In this document: positions 38,318 through 48,239 of the stretch, in pieces
Numbering within the stretch: position 1 is the stretch's first letter
Layout: every line of letters begins with the position of its first letter
Notes under the pieces: generated by a model
What the model saw: the letters and a program-made list of their open reading frames with translations, nothing else
The model's database searches: none
What the model was told of the DNA's origin: nothing
Made by a program: the position numbers and the translations under genes
Source of the DNA: an uncultured Acidobacteriota bacterium
GTDB taxonomy: Bacteria; Acidobacteriota; Thermoanaerobaculia; Multivoradales; JBCCEF01
Length of the DNA stretch: 64,000 nt
Assembly: GCA_963843275.1 (NCBI GenBank)
Contig: CAWJJM010000004.1
Span: 502,237-566,236, forward strand
Reading direction: 5' to 3'

Positions 38318-39394
38318 CTATCGGCTCGCCATCCCGGTCCAGACGGCCTTGCCGTCGCCGCCCTTGATCTGGCTCTTCCAGGTGCTCTCCACCAGCTCGA
38401 CGACGCTGTCCGGCATCGGCACGTAGTCCAGGCTCTCCGCCATCGCGCCGCCCTCGTGGTAGGCCCAGTCGAAGAAGTCGAGCACCGCCCGCGAGGCGGC
38501 GGGGTCGGCGGCCTGCTTGTACATCAGGATGAAGCTCGCCCCGGTGATCGGCCAGCTCTTCTCGCCCGGCTGGTCGGTGAGCAGCAGGTAGAAGCCGGGC
38601 GCGGCCTTCCAGTCCGCGCCGGCGGCGGCCGCCTGGAACGACGCGCTGCTCGGCGCGACGTACTTGCCGGCGCGGTTGGCGAGCAGCGTGTGGGCGAGCT
38701 TGTTCTGCAGGGCGTAGGCGTACTCCACGTAGCCGATGGCGCCCGGGATGCGCTGGGCGTAGGAGGCCACCCCCTCGTTGCCCTTGCCGCCGACGCCGGC
38801 CGGCCAGGACACCGAGGCGTCCTCGCCCACCTGGGACTTCCACGCCGGGCTCACCTGCGACAGGTAGTGGGTGAAGATGAAGGTGGTGCCCGAGCCGTCG
38901 GAGCGGTGGACCACGGTGATCGCCTGGCCGGGCAGCTTCACCCCGCGGTTGAGCTTGGCGATCGCCGGGTCGTTCCACTTCGAGATCTTGCCCAGGTAGA
39001 TGTCGGCGAGCACCGGGCCGGTGAGCTTGAGGTCGCCGGGGCCGACGCCGGGGAGGTTCACCACCGGCACCACGCCGCCCATGATCATCGGGAACTGCAT
39101 CAGGCCGTACTTGTCGAGCTCCTCGGGCTGCAGCGGCTTGTCGGAGGCGCCGAAGTCGACGGTCTTGGCCTCGATCTGCTTGATGCCGCCCCCCGAGCCG
39201 ATCGACTGGTAGTTCAGGCCCACACCCGTCCTGGTCTTGTAGGCGTCGGCCCACTTGGCGTAGATCGGGTAGGGGAAGGTGGCACCGGCACCGGAGATGT
39301 CGGCGGCCCGGGCCACGGTGGGGGCCGCCATCAGGACGGCGCACAGCAGCCCACCGAGGACGATCGCGATCCGGCCGGTTCGAGAACGCAGCAT
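38318..39394 (-). CDS. pstS: Phosphate ABC transporter substrate-binding protein
   Basis: AGAGGAG RBS; signal peptide; GAGATFPYP, YQSIGSGGG, DFGASD, RSDGSGTT, GGKGNEG. Confidence 0.97.
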   Translation of the reverse strand: MLRSRTGRIAIVLGGLLCAVLMAAPTVARAADISGAGATFPYPIYAKWADAYKTRTGVGLNYQSIGSGGGIKQIEAKTVDFGASDKPLQPEELDKYGLMQFPMIMGGVVPVVNLPGVGPGDLKLTGPVLADIYLGKISKWNDPAIAKLNRGVKLPGQAITVVHRSDGSGTTFIFTHYLSQVSPAWKSQVGEDASVSWPAGVGGKGNEGVASYAQRIPGAIGYVEYAYALQNKLAHTLLANRAGKYVAPSSASFQAAAAGADWKAAPGFYLLLTDQPGEKSWPITGASFILMYKQAADPAASRAVLDFFDWAYHEGGAMAESLDYVPMPDSVVELVESTWKSQIKGGDGKAVWTGMASR

Positions 39395-39475
39395 CTGGGT
39401 CTCCTCTTGCAAGATGGTCAGGGGGTCGGGGACGCCGCCTCCACGCGGCGGTTCCCCTCCACTCTCGCGCCCTGC

Positions 39476-39526
39476 GGTGACGGCCGTGCGACGACGCGGT
39501 GAGCATGCGGTCACCGCGTCGTCACC
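39476..39526. promoter_or_regulatory. Putative PHO boxes in both orientations forming a 13-bp perfect inverted repeat
   Basis: Minus strand GCTCACC/CGTCGCA/CGTCACC at 11-nt period toward pstS; plus strand GGTCACC (39509) / CGTCACC (39520); arms 39490-39502 and 39511-39523. Confidence 0.65.
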
Positions 39527-39727
39527 CGCCCGGCCCGCGGCGCCCCGCCCGCCCGGCCGCCGGCGGCACGCCGGGAGGAGAGGCCACGCCGCCGACCGGT
39601 GGCGGAATCGACGCAGGAGGGAGGTCGAAATGCACTGGACGACGAGACGACGGAAGGCCGCGGCGAAGGCCTCCGGCCCGCGGCCGGCGACCCCCCGCCC
39701 CGCACCCGTCGGGGCCCGGGGTTCCCG

Positions 39728-40165
39728 GTGACCGCGGCCGCCCGCTGGCGGGCCGCCGCGCCCCGGCTGCGCAGCCTGCTCCGCATCGTCGCGGCCCTGA
39801 TGTTCTTCCAGGCCGGCACGGTGAAGCTCTTCGCCTGGCCGATCGGGGTGCCACCCGACGGCGGCACCGTGCCCTTGCTCACCCAGGCCGGGATCGGCGG
39901 CCTGCTCGAGGTGATCGGCGGTGCCCTGCTGCTGGTCGGCTGGCTCACCCGCCCGGTGGCCTTCGTCCTGGCGGGGGAGATGGCGGTCGCCTACTTCCAG
40001 TTCCACGCTCCCCAGGGTTTCTGGCCGGTGGTCAACGGCGGCCAGCCCGCGGTGCTGTTCTGCTTCCTGTGGCTGTGGCTCTCCGCCGCCGGTCCCGGTC
40101 CGTGGAGCGTCGACGCGGCGTTGCGACGCCAGCGCGCCGGCACCGGCACTCCTCCCCCGGTCTGA
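39728..40165 (+). CDS. DoxX family membrane protein
   Basis: SLLRIVAALMFFQAGTVKLF, LEVIGG.LLLVGWLTRPVAFVLAGEMAVAYF, GPGPWSVD. Confidence 0.92.
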   Translation: MTAAARWRAAAPRLRSLLRIVAALMFFQAGTVKLFAWPIGVPPDGGTVPLLTQAGIGGLLEVIGGALLLVGWLTRPVAFVLAGEMAVAYFQFHAPQGFWPVVNGGQPAVLFCFLWLWLSAAGPGPWSVDAALRRQRAGTGTPPPV

Positions 40166-40338
40166 CCCGCGAGGAAGGGGCCGCGCCCCCCTGCCGGCAC
40201 CGTCCCTGGCGCGGCCGATCCACCCGATCGACGCCCCGATCGCCCCGGGCCGGTGCGCGCCTTGCTTGATCTCTTCCTGTCGCCCCCGGCGGGGCGGCGC
40301 CCCGCAGTACCGACGATGAATCACTCCAGGAGGAACGC

Positions 40339-41223
40339 ATGACCACCCTCACCACGCTCGCCCCCGACGCCACCGCCAGCGGCACCTTCTCCATCGCCGA
40401 CGACCTCCCCGTCCACCGCCTGGGCTTCGGCTCGATGCGCCTCACCGGCGACGGGGTCTGGGGACCGCCGGACGACCGCGAAGCGGCGCTGCGGGGTGCT
40501 GCGGCGGGCCGTCGAGCTCGGCGTCGACCTCATCGACACCGCCGACTCCTACGGCCCCGAGGTGGCGGAGAGGCTGATCGCCGAGGCGCTCCACCCCTAC
40601 CCGGAGGGCCTGGTGATCGCCACCAAGGCCGGCCTGGAGCGCTCCGGGCCGGGGAAATGGTCGCCAAACGGCCGCCCCGAGCACCTGCGCGCCGCCTGCG
40701 ACGGGAGCCTGCGCCGCCTCCGGGTCGAGCGGATCGACCTCTACCAGCTCCACCGCATCGACCCCGACGTGCCGGCCGAGGACCAGTTCGGCACCCTGGT
40801 GGAGCTGCGCGACGCGGGAAGATCCGCCACATCGGGCTCTCCGAGGTCGGCGTCGACGACATCCGGCGGGCCGGCGAGCACTTCCGGGTGGCCACGGTGC
40901 AGAACCACTACAACCTCGCCGACCGCGGCTGGGAGGAGGTGGTCGACCACTGCGCCGCCGAGGGGATCGGGTTCCTGCCCTGGTTCCCGCTGGCGACCGG
41001 GGACCTGGCCGGCGACGACGAGCGGGCGGTCCGCGAGGTGGCGGAGAGACACGACGCCACGCCGGCGCAGGTGGCCCTCGCCTGGCTGCTCGGCCGCTCG
41101 CCGACGGTCCTGCCCATCCCCGGCACCTCGAGCGTCGAGCACCTCGAGGAGAACCTCGGAGCCGCCGGGCTCGAGCTCGACGACGACGACCTCGCGCGGC
41201 TGAACGGGGTGAGGAGCGACTGA
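40339..41223 (+). CDS. Aldo/keto reductase; compensating +1 (~40495) and -1 (~40818) indels in G runs
   Basis: AGGAGG RBS; [51 protein letters not shown]. Confidence 0.92.
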   Translation: MTTLTTLAPDATASGTFSIADDLPVHRLGFGSMRLTGDGVWGPPDDREAALRGAAAGRRARRRPHRHRRLLRPRGGGEADRRGAPPLPGGPGDRHQGRPGALRAGEMVAKRPPRAPARRLRREPAPPPGRADRPLPAPPHRPRRAGRGPVRHPGGAARRGKIRHIGLSEVGVDDIRRAGEHFRVATVQNHYNLADRGWEEVVDHCAAEGIGFLPWFPLATGDLAGDDERAVREVAERHDATPAQVALAWLLGRSPTVLPIPGTSSVEHLEENLGAAGLELDDDDLARLNGVRSD

Positions 41224-41263
41224 GCGACCCCGACATCGCGGCACGCGGGCGGCCGCGGCGAGG

Positions 41264-42151
41264 TCAGCCGGGCCCGCCGAGCGCCTCCACCCCCAGCGCC
41301 TCCATCAGGCGCACCGCATCCCGCGGCGCGTGGGCCTCGCCGTCGTTGTCGAAGTAGACGTAGACCGGGCGGGACCTGCGCCGCGGCGGCACCCGGCCGG
41401 TGATCCGCTCGGGATCGGAGGGCTCCCCGCCCCCCGCCCAGTCCCGGATGCGCCGCGCCCAGCGCCGGCGCGCGCCGGCGTCGTAGGCGCTGGCGTAGGT
41501 GCGCGGCGCCCCGTGCAGGCGAAGGTAGACGAACCCGGCGGTCAGCTCCTCGGTGTAGGGCCAGTCGCCGCTGTGCGAGAAGGCCAGCGCCACCCCCCGC
41601 TCGCGACACCAGCGGACCACCCGCGCGTCGAAGAAGGCCGGGTGCCGGAGCTCCAGCGCGTGGCGCAGCCGGCGGTTCTCGTGCACCACCATCGAGGCGC
41701 GCCCGCTGACCCTGCGGTCGTGCCGCTTCGCCAGCCGCGACGCCGCCGCGGTGTCGGCGGGCAGCAGGTCGAGGAAGTCGCGCAGCCGCTCGAGGGGCCA
41801 CCGCATGGCCGGGAGCTGCCACAGCACCGGGCCGAGCGCGCCCTCCAGGCGCAGCGGTCCGGAGGCGAAGAAGTTCGCCAGCGGGGTCTTCACGTCGAGC
41901 AGCTTCTTGGCGTGGGTGATGAACCGGCTCCCCTTGAGCGCGAAGACGAAGCCCTCGGGAGCCGCCTCCCGGTAGCCGGCGTAGCTGGCCGGCTTGAGCA
42001 GCGAGTAGAAGGAGCCGTTGATCTCGATCGAGCTCACCCGGCGGGTCAGGTAGGCGAGCTCCTCCCGCCGGGGCAGCCGCGCGGGGAAGAAGGCGCCGTC
42101 CCGCCAGTGGTCGTAGCTCCAGCCGGAGACCCCGACGTAGACCTTCTCCAT
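41264..42151 (-). CDS. DUF72 (YecE-like) protein
   Basis: VGVSGWSY, IEINGSFY, KGSRFITH, LGPVLWQLP, HALELRH, YLRLHG, VYFDND. Confidence 0.95.
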   Translation of the reverse strand: MEKVYVGVSGWSYDHWRDGAFFPARLPRREELAYLTRRVSSIEINGSFYSLLKPASYAGYREAAPEGFVFALKGSRFITHAKKLLDVKTPLANFFASGPLRLEGALGPVLWQLPAMRWPLERLRDFLDLLPADTAAASRLAKRHDRRVSGRASMVVHENRRLRHALELRHPAFFDARVVRWCRERGVALAFSHSGDWPYTEELTAGFVYLRLHGAPRTYASAYDAGARRRWARRIRDWAGGGEPSDPERITGRVPPRRRSRPVYVYFDNDGEAHAPRDAVRLMEALGVEALGGPG

Positions 42152-42235
42152 GCGCGAGGAAGGCCAAGCAAGAGATGCACCGGCCCGCCGGTCCGGCAGC
42201 GCCCGGGCGTCGCTCCCGCCCGGCCGCGGACGTCG

Positions 42236-44374
42236 TCAGCCGGCCGGCGCCGCCGCCTTCGTCTCCGGCGCCGACCCGAAGGCCGCCCGCACCCGCTCGG
42301 GGGTCATCGGCAGGCGGCGCAGGCGGAGCCCGGTGGCGTCGAAGACCGCGTTCGCCAGCACCGCCCCCATGGGCACGATCGCCGGCTCGCCGCCGCCCTG
42401 GGGCGCCAGCGCGTCGTCGGCGACCAGCACCACCTCGATCGCCGGCAGGCGCCGGAAGGTGGGCAGCTCGTAGGTGCCGAAGCCGTGGTCGAGGATCTCA
42501 CCGCCGCGGAAGCGCAGCTCCTCGCTGAGCGCGTAGCCGAGCCCCTGGGTCACGCAGCCCTCGGCCTGCTGCGTGGCTCCGAGCGGGTTGACCACCACGC
42601 CCATGTCCTGGGCGCACACCACCCGGCGGACGGCGATCTCGCCGCTGTCGCGGTCGACCTCGACCGCCGCGCACAGGGCCACGTAGGTTCCGGCGTCGAC
42701 GCCGCAGGCGATCCCCTGCCCGCGGCCCGACGGAGCCGGGCCGGCCCGCCAGCCGAAGGCCTCGGCGGCGGTCTGCAGCACCCGGCGCATGCGCGGGTCG
42801 CCGTCCAGGTTGCGGAGCCGGAAGGCGAGCGGGTCGACGCCCAGCGCCGCCGCGGCGGTGTCGACGTGCGACTCGCGGGCGAAGACGTTGGTCCCGGCCC
42901 CCGGCGCCCGCCAGGGACCGACCGCGAACGGGTGCATCCCCGCCCCCGCCCCGCGCCAGGTTCCGCAGGTGCGCAGGCGCACGTGGGGAGCGTCGTAGAA
43001 GAGCTCGGCGCCACGGTCGCCGGCGGCCCACACCTGCGTGTCCCACAGGGCCAGCCGCCCCTCGGAGTCCACCCCGGCGGTGACGTCGACCACCGCCGCC
43101 GGGTCGAAGGTGTCGTAGAAGAGCTCTTCCTGGCGCGTCCACGCCACCTGCACCGGCCGCCCGGTGCGGCGCGCCAACCGCGCCGCCTCGAGCGCCTGGC
43201 CGTTGGCGTTCTTGCCGCCGAAGGCGCCCCCGACGTACGGCGTGATCACCCGCACGTCGTCCGCGGCCAGGCCGAGCTCGGAAGCGAGCTGGTCGCGCAG
43301 CGGGAACGGCGTCTGGGTCGAGGCCCACACGGTCAACCGCCCCCCCGCCAGCTCCGCCAGCGCGGCGTGCGGCTCGATCGGGGCGTGGGCCACGTAGCCG
43401 GTCCGGTACGTGGCGGCGAACGTGTTCTCCGCGGAGGCGCGCGCCGCCTCCAGGTCGCCCCGCTGCTGGCTGACCTCCGGGGGCGGCGCCGCCGCGCGCA
43501 GGTGGCGGTCGACGGTCTCGGTGTCGAAGGCGGGCTCCGGACGGCTCCAGTCCGCGACCACCCGGCGCAGCGCCTCCTCGGCGCGCTCGGGGTCGGCGTG
43601 CAGCACCGCGACCAGATCCGGGTCGGCGACCACCGTGACCCCCGGAAGGGCCGCCGCGGCGGTGGTGTCGACGCGGCGCAGCTCGGCGCCGTGGACGGGC
43701 GGCCGCAGCAGGCGGGCGTGGAGCATGCCCGGGCGGCGCACGTCGGCCGCGTAGACCGCCCGGCCGGTGACCTTCTCCGGGCCGTCGAAGCGCCGCGGCG
43801 AGGTCCCCATGACGCGCATCTCGCCGGCTGCCCGCAGGACCGCCTCGGGGCCGACCCACCGGGCGATCCGCTGGCCGTCTGCGAGCTCGCCGTAGGTCAC
43901 CCGCTGCTCCGGCCGGCCGGCGACCGAAACCTGGCCGTCTCGCACCACGAGACGCTCGCTCGGCACCCCCAGGCGGGCCGCCGCCAGCCCCACCAGGACC
44001 GCGCGCGCCTCGGCGGCCGCGGCGCGCAGCACCGGGCCGAACATGCGGGTGGTCAGCGAGCCGAAGGTCCCCATGTCCCAGGGGCAGCGGTCGGTGTCGC
44101 CCAGCACCATGGTGATGGCGTCGAGCGCCACGCCGAGATCCTCGGCCACCATCTGCGCCTGGGAGGTCATCACTCCCTGGCCCATCTCGATCTTGCCGGT
44201 GAACACGGTGACGTGACCGTCCGCGTCGATGCGGAGGTAGGCGTTGAGATCCTCCGGGTAGCGCCGGACGCCCTGCGGCCAGACCGCCTCCGGCCCCAGC
44301 GTGACGCACACCACCACACCGCCGCCGACCAGCTCGAGGAACCGCCGCCGCGTCAGACCGCCGGAGCCGCTCAC
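42236..44374 (-). CDS. Second molybdopterin oxidoreductase large subunit (IorB-like), Tat signal
   Basis: LTRRRFLELVGGG; TGKIEMGQG, TFGSLTT, HAPIEPHA, GGAFGGK, GGGEPAIVP. Confidence 0.93.
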   Translation of the reverse strand: MSGSGGLTRRRFLELVGGGVVVCVTLGPEAVWPQGVRRYPEDLNAYLRIDADGHVTVFTGKIEMGQGVMTSQAQMVAEDLGVALDAITMVLGDTDRCPWDMGTFGSLTTRMFGPVLRAAAAEARAVLVGLAAARLGVPSERLVVRDGQVSVAGRPEQRVTYGELADGQRIARWVGPEAVLRAAGEMRVMGTSPRRFDGPEKVTGRAVYAADVRRPGMLHARLLRPPVHGAELRRVDTTAAAALPGVTVVADPDLVAVLHADPERAEEALRRVVADWSRPEPAFDTETVDRHLRAAAPPPEVSQQRGDLEAARASAENTFAATYRTGYVAHAPIEPHAALAELAGGRLTVWASTQTPFPLRDQLASELGLAADDVRVITPYVGGAFGGKNANGQALEAARLARRTGRPVQVAWTRQEELFYDTFDPAAVVDVTAGVDSEGRLALWDTQVWAAGDRGAELFYDAPHVRLRTCGTWRGAGAGMHPFAVGPWRAPGAGTNVFARESHVDTAAAALGVDPLAFRLRNLDGDPRMRRVLQTAAEAFGWRAGPAPSGRGQGIACGVDAGTYVALCAAVEVDRDSGEIAVRRVVCAQDMGVVVNPLGATQQAEGCVTQGLGYALSEELRFRGGEILDHGFGTYELPTFRRLPAIEVVLVADDALAPQGGGEPAIVPMGAVLANAVFDATGLRLRRLPMTPERVRAAFGSAPETKAAAPAG

Positions 44375-44850
44375 GGCCGGCCCCCCGTCTCCCGCGCCGC
44401 CTGCTCGACGGCGGCCACGATCCGCTGGTGGGCCCCGCAGCGGCACAGGTTGCCCTCGAGCGCCGCGAGGATCTCGGCGCGCGAGGGAGCGGGGTTCTGC
44501 GCCAGGAGCCCCGCCGCCCGCATCAGCATGCCGGGGGTGCAGTAGCCGCACTGGTAGGCGGCGTGGTCGAGGAAGGCGCGCTGCAGCGGGTGCAGCGCCT
44601 CGGGGCCGGCCAGCCCCTCCACGGTGACCACCCGGCGCCCCGCCACCTCCGCGAGGGGGGTGATGCACGAGCGTACCGCGCGGCCGTCGACCAACACGGT
44701 GCAGGCGCCGCAGTCACCCGCGCCGCAGCCGTACTTGGTCCCGGTCAGCGCCAGGTCCCCCCGCAGCACCCAGAGCAGGCTCCGGTCACCGGCGCTCTCC
44801 AGGCTCACCGGGTTGCCGTTGAGACGGAACTGGATGGACTCGCCCACCAT
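44371..44850 (-). CDS. Second (2Fe-2S)-binding small subunit
   Basis: GTKYGCGAGDCGACTV, QCGYCTPG, NLCRCG; GTGA overlap with the large subunit. Confidence 0.95.
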   Translation of the reverse strand: MVGESIQFRLNGNPVSLESAGDRSLLWVLRGDLALTGTKYGCGAGDCGACTVLVDGRAVRSCITPLAEVAGRRVVTVEGLAGPEALHPLQRAFLDHAAYQCGYCTPGMLMRAAGLLAQNPAPSRAEILAALEGNLCRCGAHQRIVAAVEQAARETGGRP

Positions 44851-44997
44851 CGCCCTCCCGGCCGGAGCGGCGGCCCCGTCCGGCGTGTCGTCCGCGCTAC
44901 CGTCCACGTCTACCAGGGATCGCGACGGCGCGCGCCACGCGACGAGACGGTGTGGGCCCACCCGCGGGGCGGGGCATGGCGGGAGGATTCGGCTGGA

Positions 44998-45897
44998 TCA
45001 GCGGGCCGCGAGGGCCGCGACGACCAGGGCCAGCCCGCTGACCGTGATCCCGAGGGCGCAGCCCCACCCGAGGCACAGGGCGGCCAGGCTGGCGAGGGTG
45101 CGCGGCACGCCGCCGCCGTAGACCCGGCGCAGGGCGGCGAACAGGTAGACCCCCAGTGCCGCGAGGAGCAGGGCGCCGGGCACCACCGTGCCCAGCAGGT
45201 CGCGCGCCGCCACGGCCACCAGCAGGACCAGGAATCCGGCCGCGTGCAGGTGGAGGGAGAAGATCAGGTGCTCGGCGTAGAGCCGCCGCCGGTCCGCGTA
45301 GAGCGCCGCCAGCAGCAGGGCGAGAAACGGCGCCAGGAGGAATAGCGCCGTCGGCAGGTGGCGGGTGAAGGCCTCGCTGAACGCCTCCGGCCTGGCCTCG
45401 ACGGTGCGCACCGCGGCCCCCAGGGCGCGATCGACGAGGCCCCCGGCGCCCTCGTCCGCGCCCCCCGGCTCCGCCGGGTCGAACCAGAAGGCGATCGGGG
45501 CCCGCACCTCGTCGCGCGGCACCTCCCCGGTGCGGTGCACCTCGACCAGCGGCAGGTCGAGCAACGCCACCGCCAGGAAGGTCAGGAAACTGGTCGCCAG
45601 GTAGAGGCGCAGCGGCGACACGTAGCGCACCCGCCGCCCGGCCAGGTACTCCACGGTCAACCGGCCCGGCCGCAGGAGCAGCAGGCGGAGGGTGCGCAGC
45701 AGGCGCGAGTCGAGGCCCGCCAGCTCGGCGAGGTGGGAACGGACGAAGCGGCCGAAGGGCTGGACGGGGCCGGCCACCGCCTGTCCGCAACGGGAGCACC
45801 AGGCGCCGGTCAGCGGCGCGCCGCAATTGCCGCACGGCGCCCGGGGGGCGGAGGATCCCGGGCCTCCGGCCGGCCGCGTCGCCTCGAGCTTCGCCAC
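44998..45897 (-). CDS. DUF3667 domain membrane protein
   Basis: CGNCGAPLTGAWCSRCGQ zinc-ribbon; LDSRLLRTL..LL.RPG.LT.EYLAGRR.RYVSPLRLY; YAEHLIFSLH. Confidence 0.92.
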   Translation of the reverse strand: MAKLEATRPAGGPGSSAPRAPCGNCGAPLTGAWCSRCGQAVAGPVQPFGRFVRSHLAELAGLDSRLLRTLRLLLLRPGRLTVEYLAGRRVRYVSPLRLYLATSFLTFLAVALLDLPLVEVHRTGEVPRDEVRAPIAFWFDPAEPGGADEGAGGLVDRALGAAVRTVEARPEAFSEAFTRHLPTALFLLAPFLALLLAALYADRRRLYAEHLIFSLHLHAAGFLVLLVAVAARDLLGTVVPGALLLAALGVYLFAALRRVYGGGVPRTLASLAALCLGWGCALGITVSGLALVVAALAAR

Positions 45898-45968
45898 CGG
45901 GCGAGTGTAGCCGAGCCCCCGTGCCGGTCGGCTGCAGAGCGGGCGACGCGCGCGGTAGTGTCGCGCCG

Positions 45969-48239
45969 ATGAACCGGCCCCGTCCTCTCCGCGCCGCCGG
46001 CGCCCTCGCGCTCGTGGCGCTGGCCGGCTGCGCCCGCCCGGCGCGCGACCTCCGCCCCGTCCTCGATCTCGCCGCCGAGCTGCCGGGGGCCGCGGTGGAG
46101 CGCGAGGTGCGGGAGATCGATTTCGGCAGCCCGGCCGCGGCGCCGCACCTGCTCGACGGCTGGTCCTGGCGCGAGCGGGAAGCGGGAACTCCGGCCACCA
46201 CCTGGGTGTGGGGCGTCGGCAGCGCCTCGCGGCTGCGCCTCTTCCTGGTCGAGCCGCGCGATCTCCGGCTGGAGCTGCGCGGCCGGGCCGCCCGGCTGCC
46301 CGACGGCCCGCAGGTGGTCACCGTCCGCGCCGGCGGCCGGGAGGTGGGCCGGGTGTCGTTCGAAGCCGACGGCTGGAGCGAGCGGCGTCTCGCGGTGCCC
46401 GCCGCGCGCCTGCGGGCGGGCTGGAACACCTTCGAGCTGGGCTACCGGCGCGCCCTGGCGCCGCGTCGCGGCGGCCGCTCGCGCGACCGCCGCGAGCTGG
46501 CGATGGCCTGGGACCGGCTGCGGCTCGGGCCGGCGGTGGCGGCCGGACCCGGACCGGCGGCGCTGCCGGCGCGGACCCGGGGCGGGCGCCCCGCCGCCGC
46601 CGTCCTGCGGCTGCCGCCCGGCTCGGCGGTGGCCTACGCCCGACCGATCCCGACCGGCGCGGCCTTCGCGCTGGCCGGCCTGCGCGGCGCCGGGCGCCTG
46701 GCCGTCGACTTCCAGTGGGAGGGCGGCGCGGCCGTCGAGATCGCCCGCCTCGAGGAGGACCGCGGCGGCAGCCTCGTCGCCCTGCCCGCGGTCCCGGGCG
46801 GACGGCGGGCGGCCCTCGGCCGCCTCACGCTGCGCGCCCTGCCGCGGCGTTGGGACCGCGCCCCCGCCGGATCCGCGCTCGAGCTGTCGGCGCCGCGCAT
46901 CCTGGCGCCGCCGGCCGCGACCCCGCCGCCGGAGCCCGCGGCCACGGCGCCACGACGGGAGGCCCCGGCGCCGCGGCCCAACGTCCTCGTCTACCTGGTC
47001 GACACCCTGCGCGCCGACCGGGTCGGCGTCTACGGCTCCGACCGTGGGCTGACCCCCGAGGTCGACCGCTTCGCCCGCGGTGCGGTGGTGTTCGGCAACG
47101 CGGTGACCCAGGCGCCGTGGACCCGCCCCGCGGTGGCCAGCGTGCTGACCGGCCTGCCGCCCCTGCGCCACGGCGTCACCACCCTGGAGTCGCGGTTGGC
47201 CGACGCCGCCGTCACCCTGCCGGAGATCCTCCGTGACCTGCCGGGCGGCGGCTACCGGACCGCCGCCTGGAGCACCAACTGGCACGTCATCCGGCAGACC
47301 GGCCTCGCCCAGGGCTTCGACGACTTCTTCTTCTTCCCCGAGGGACCGCCGGCGGACGTGGTCGGCGCCAGCGTCGTCGCCTGGCTCGACCGCTGGCTCG
47401 CCGCCGGCGCGGAGGGTGACCGCCGCCCGTTCTTCCTCTACGTCCACGTCCTCGACCCGCACGCCCCCTACCTGCCCCCGGACGACCTGCGGCGGCGCTT
47501 CGCCGCGGGCGTGGCGCACCCGGAGGCCGGCAGCCGCGAGTTCATCCGCCGCGTCTACGCGGCGCAGGGCGCCGAGCGCGCGCGGCTCGCCGCCGACCTG
47601 CCGCCGCTCTACGACGCCGAGGTGGCCCACGCCGACCGCTGCTTCGGCGAGCTGCTCGCGGCGCTCGCCGCGCGCGGGCTGCGCGACGACACGCTGGTCG
47701 TCTTCCTCTCCGACCACGGCGAGGAGTTCGACGAGCACGGCGATCTCGGGCACGGCAACAACCTCCACGCGGAGAGCCTGCGCATCCCGCTGGTGATCGA
47801 CCGCCCGGGCGACGCGCCCGGGCGCGACGACGGCCTCGCCCTGCCGATGGACGTGCCGGCCACCGTCCTCGCAGCGCTCGGCGTCGCCCACGAGGGCATG
47901 GCGGGGGTGGACCTCTTCGCCGGCGCCGGCCGCGCCGGGCGCGCCGGCTTCGCCCACCTCGACTACGACGGCCGGGTGGCCGCCAGCGTGGTGCAGGCGG
48001 GCTGGAAGCTGATCGTGCCCTGGAGCGCCGCCGCGGGCCGCTTCCCGGCGCTCTACGACCTGCGGCACGACCCCGGCGAGCGGCACGACCTCGCCGCCGC
48101 CGACCCGGTCCGCGCCGCCTGGCTGCGGGGGCTCGTGCGCCGCCACCGGCGAGCGGCCGCGGCCGCCGGCGACCGCGGCGAGCGGCTGCGGATGGACCCC
48201 GAGCTGCGCCGCGGGCTCGAGGCGCTCGGCTACCTGTGA
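45969..48239 (+). CDS. Lipoprotein of the alkaline-phosphatase/sulfatase superfamily with Thr in place of FGly
   Basis: Lipobox LAG-C; VDTLRAD, APWTRPAVASVLTG, DPHAPY, SDHGEEF.EHG, LYDL..DPGE. Confidence 0.85.
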   Translation: MNRPRPLRAAGALALVALAGCARPARDLRPVLDLAAELPGAAVEREVREIDFGSPAAAPHLLDGWSWREREAGTPATTWVWGVGSASRLRLFLVEPRDLRLELRGRAARLPDGPQVVTVRAGGREVGRVSFEADGWSERRLAVPAARLRAGWNTFELGYRRALAPRRGGRSRDRRELAMAWDRLRLGPAVAAGPGPAALPARTRGGRPAAAVLRLPPGSAVAYARPIPTGAAFALAGLRGAGRLAVDFQWEGGAAVEIARLEEDRGGSLVALPAVPGGRRAALGRLTLRALPRRWDRAPAGSALELSAPRILAPPAATPPPEPAATAPRREAPAPRPNVLVYLVDTLRADRVGVYGSDRGLTPEVDRFARGAVVFGNAVTQAPWTRPAVASVLTGLPPLRHGVTTLESRLADAAVTLPEILRDLPGGGYRTAAWSTNWHVIRQTGLAQGFDDFFFFPEGPPADVVGASVVAWLDRWLAAGAEGDRRPFFLYVHVLDPHAPYLPPDDLRRRFAAGVAHPEAGSREFIRRVYAAQGAERARLAADLPPLYDAEVAHADRCFGELLAALAARGLRDDTLVVFLSDHGEEFDEHGDLGHGNNLHAESLRIPLVIDRPGDAPGRDDGLALPMDVPATVLAALGVAHEGMAGVDLFAGAGRAGRAGFAHLDYDGRVAASVVQAGWKLIVPWSAAAGRFPALYDLRHDPGERHDLAAADPVRAAWLRGLVRRHRRAAAAAGDRGERLRMDPELRRGLEALGYL

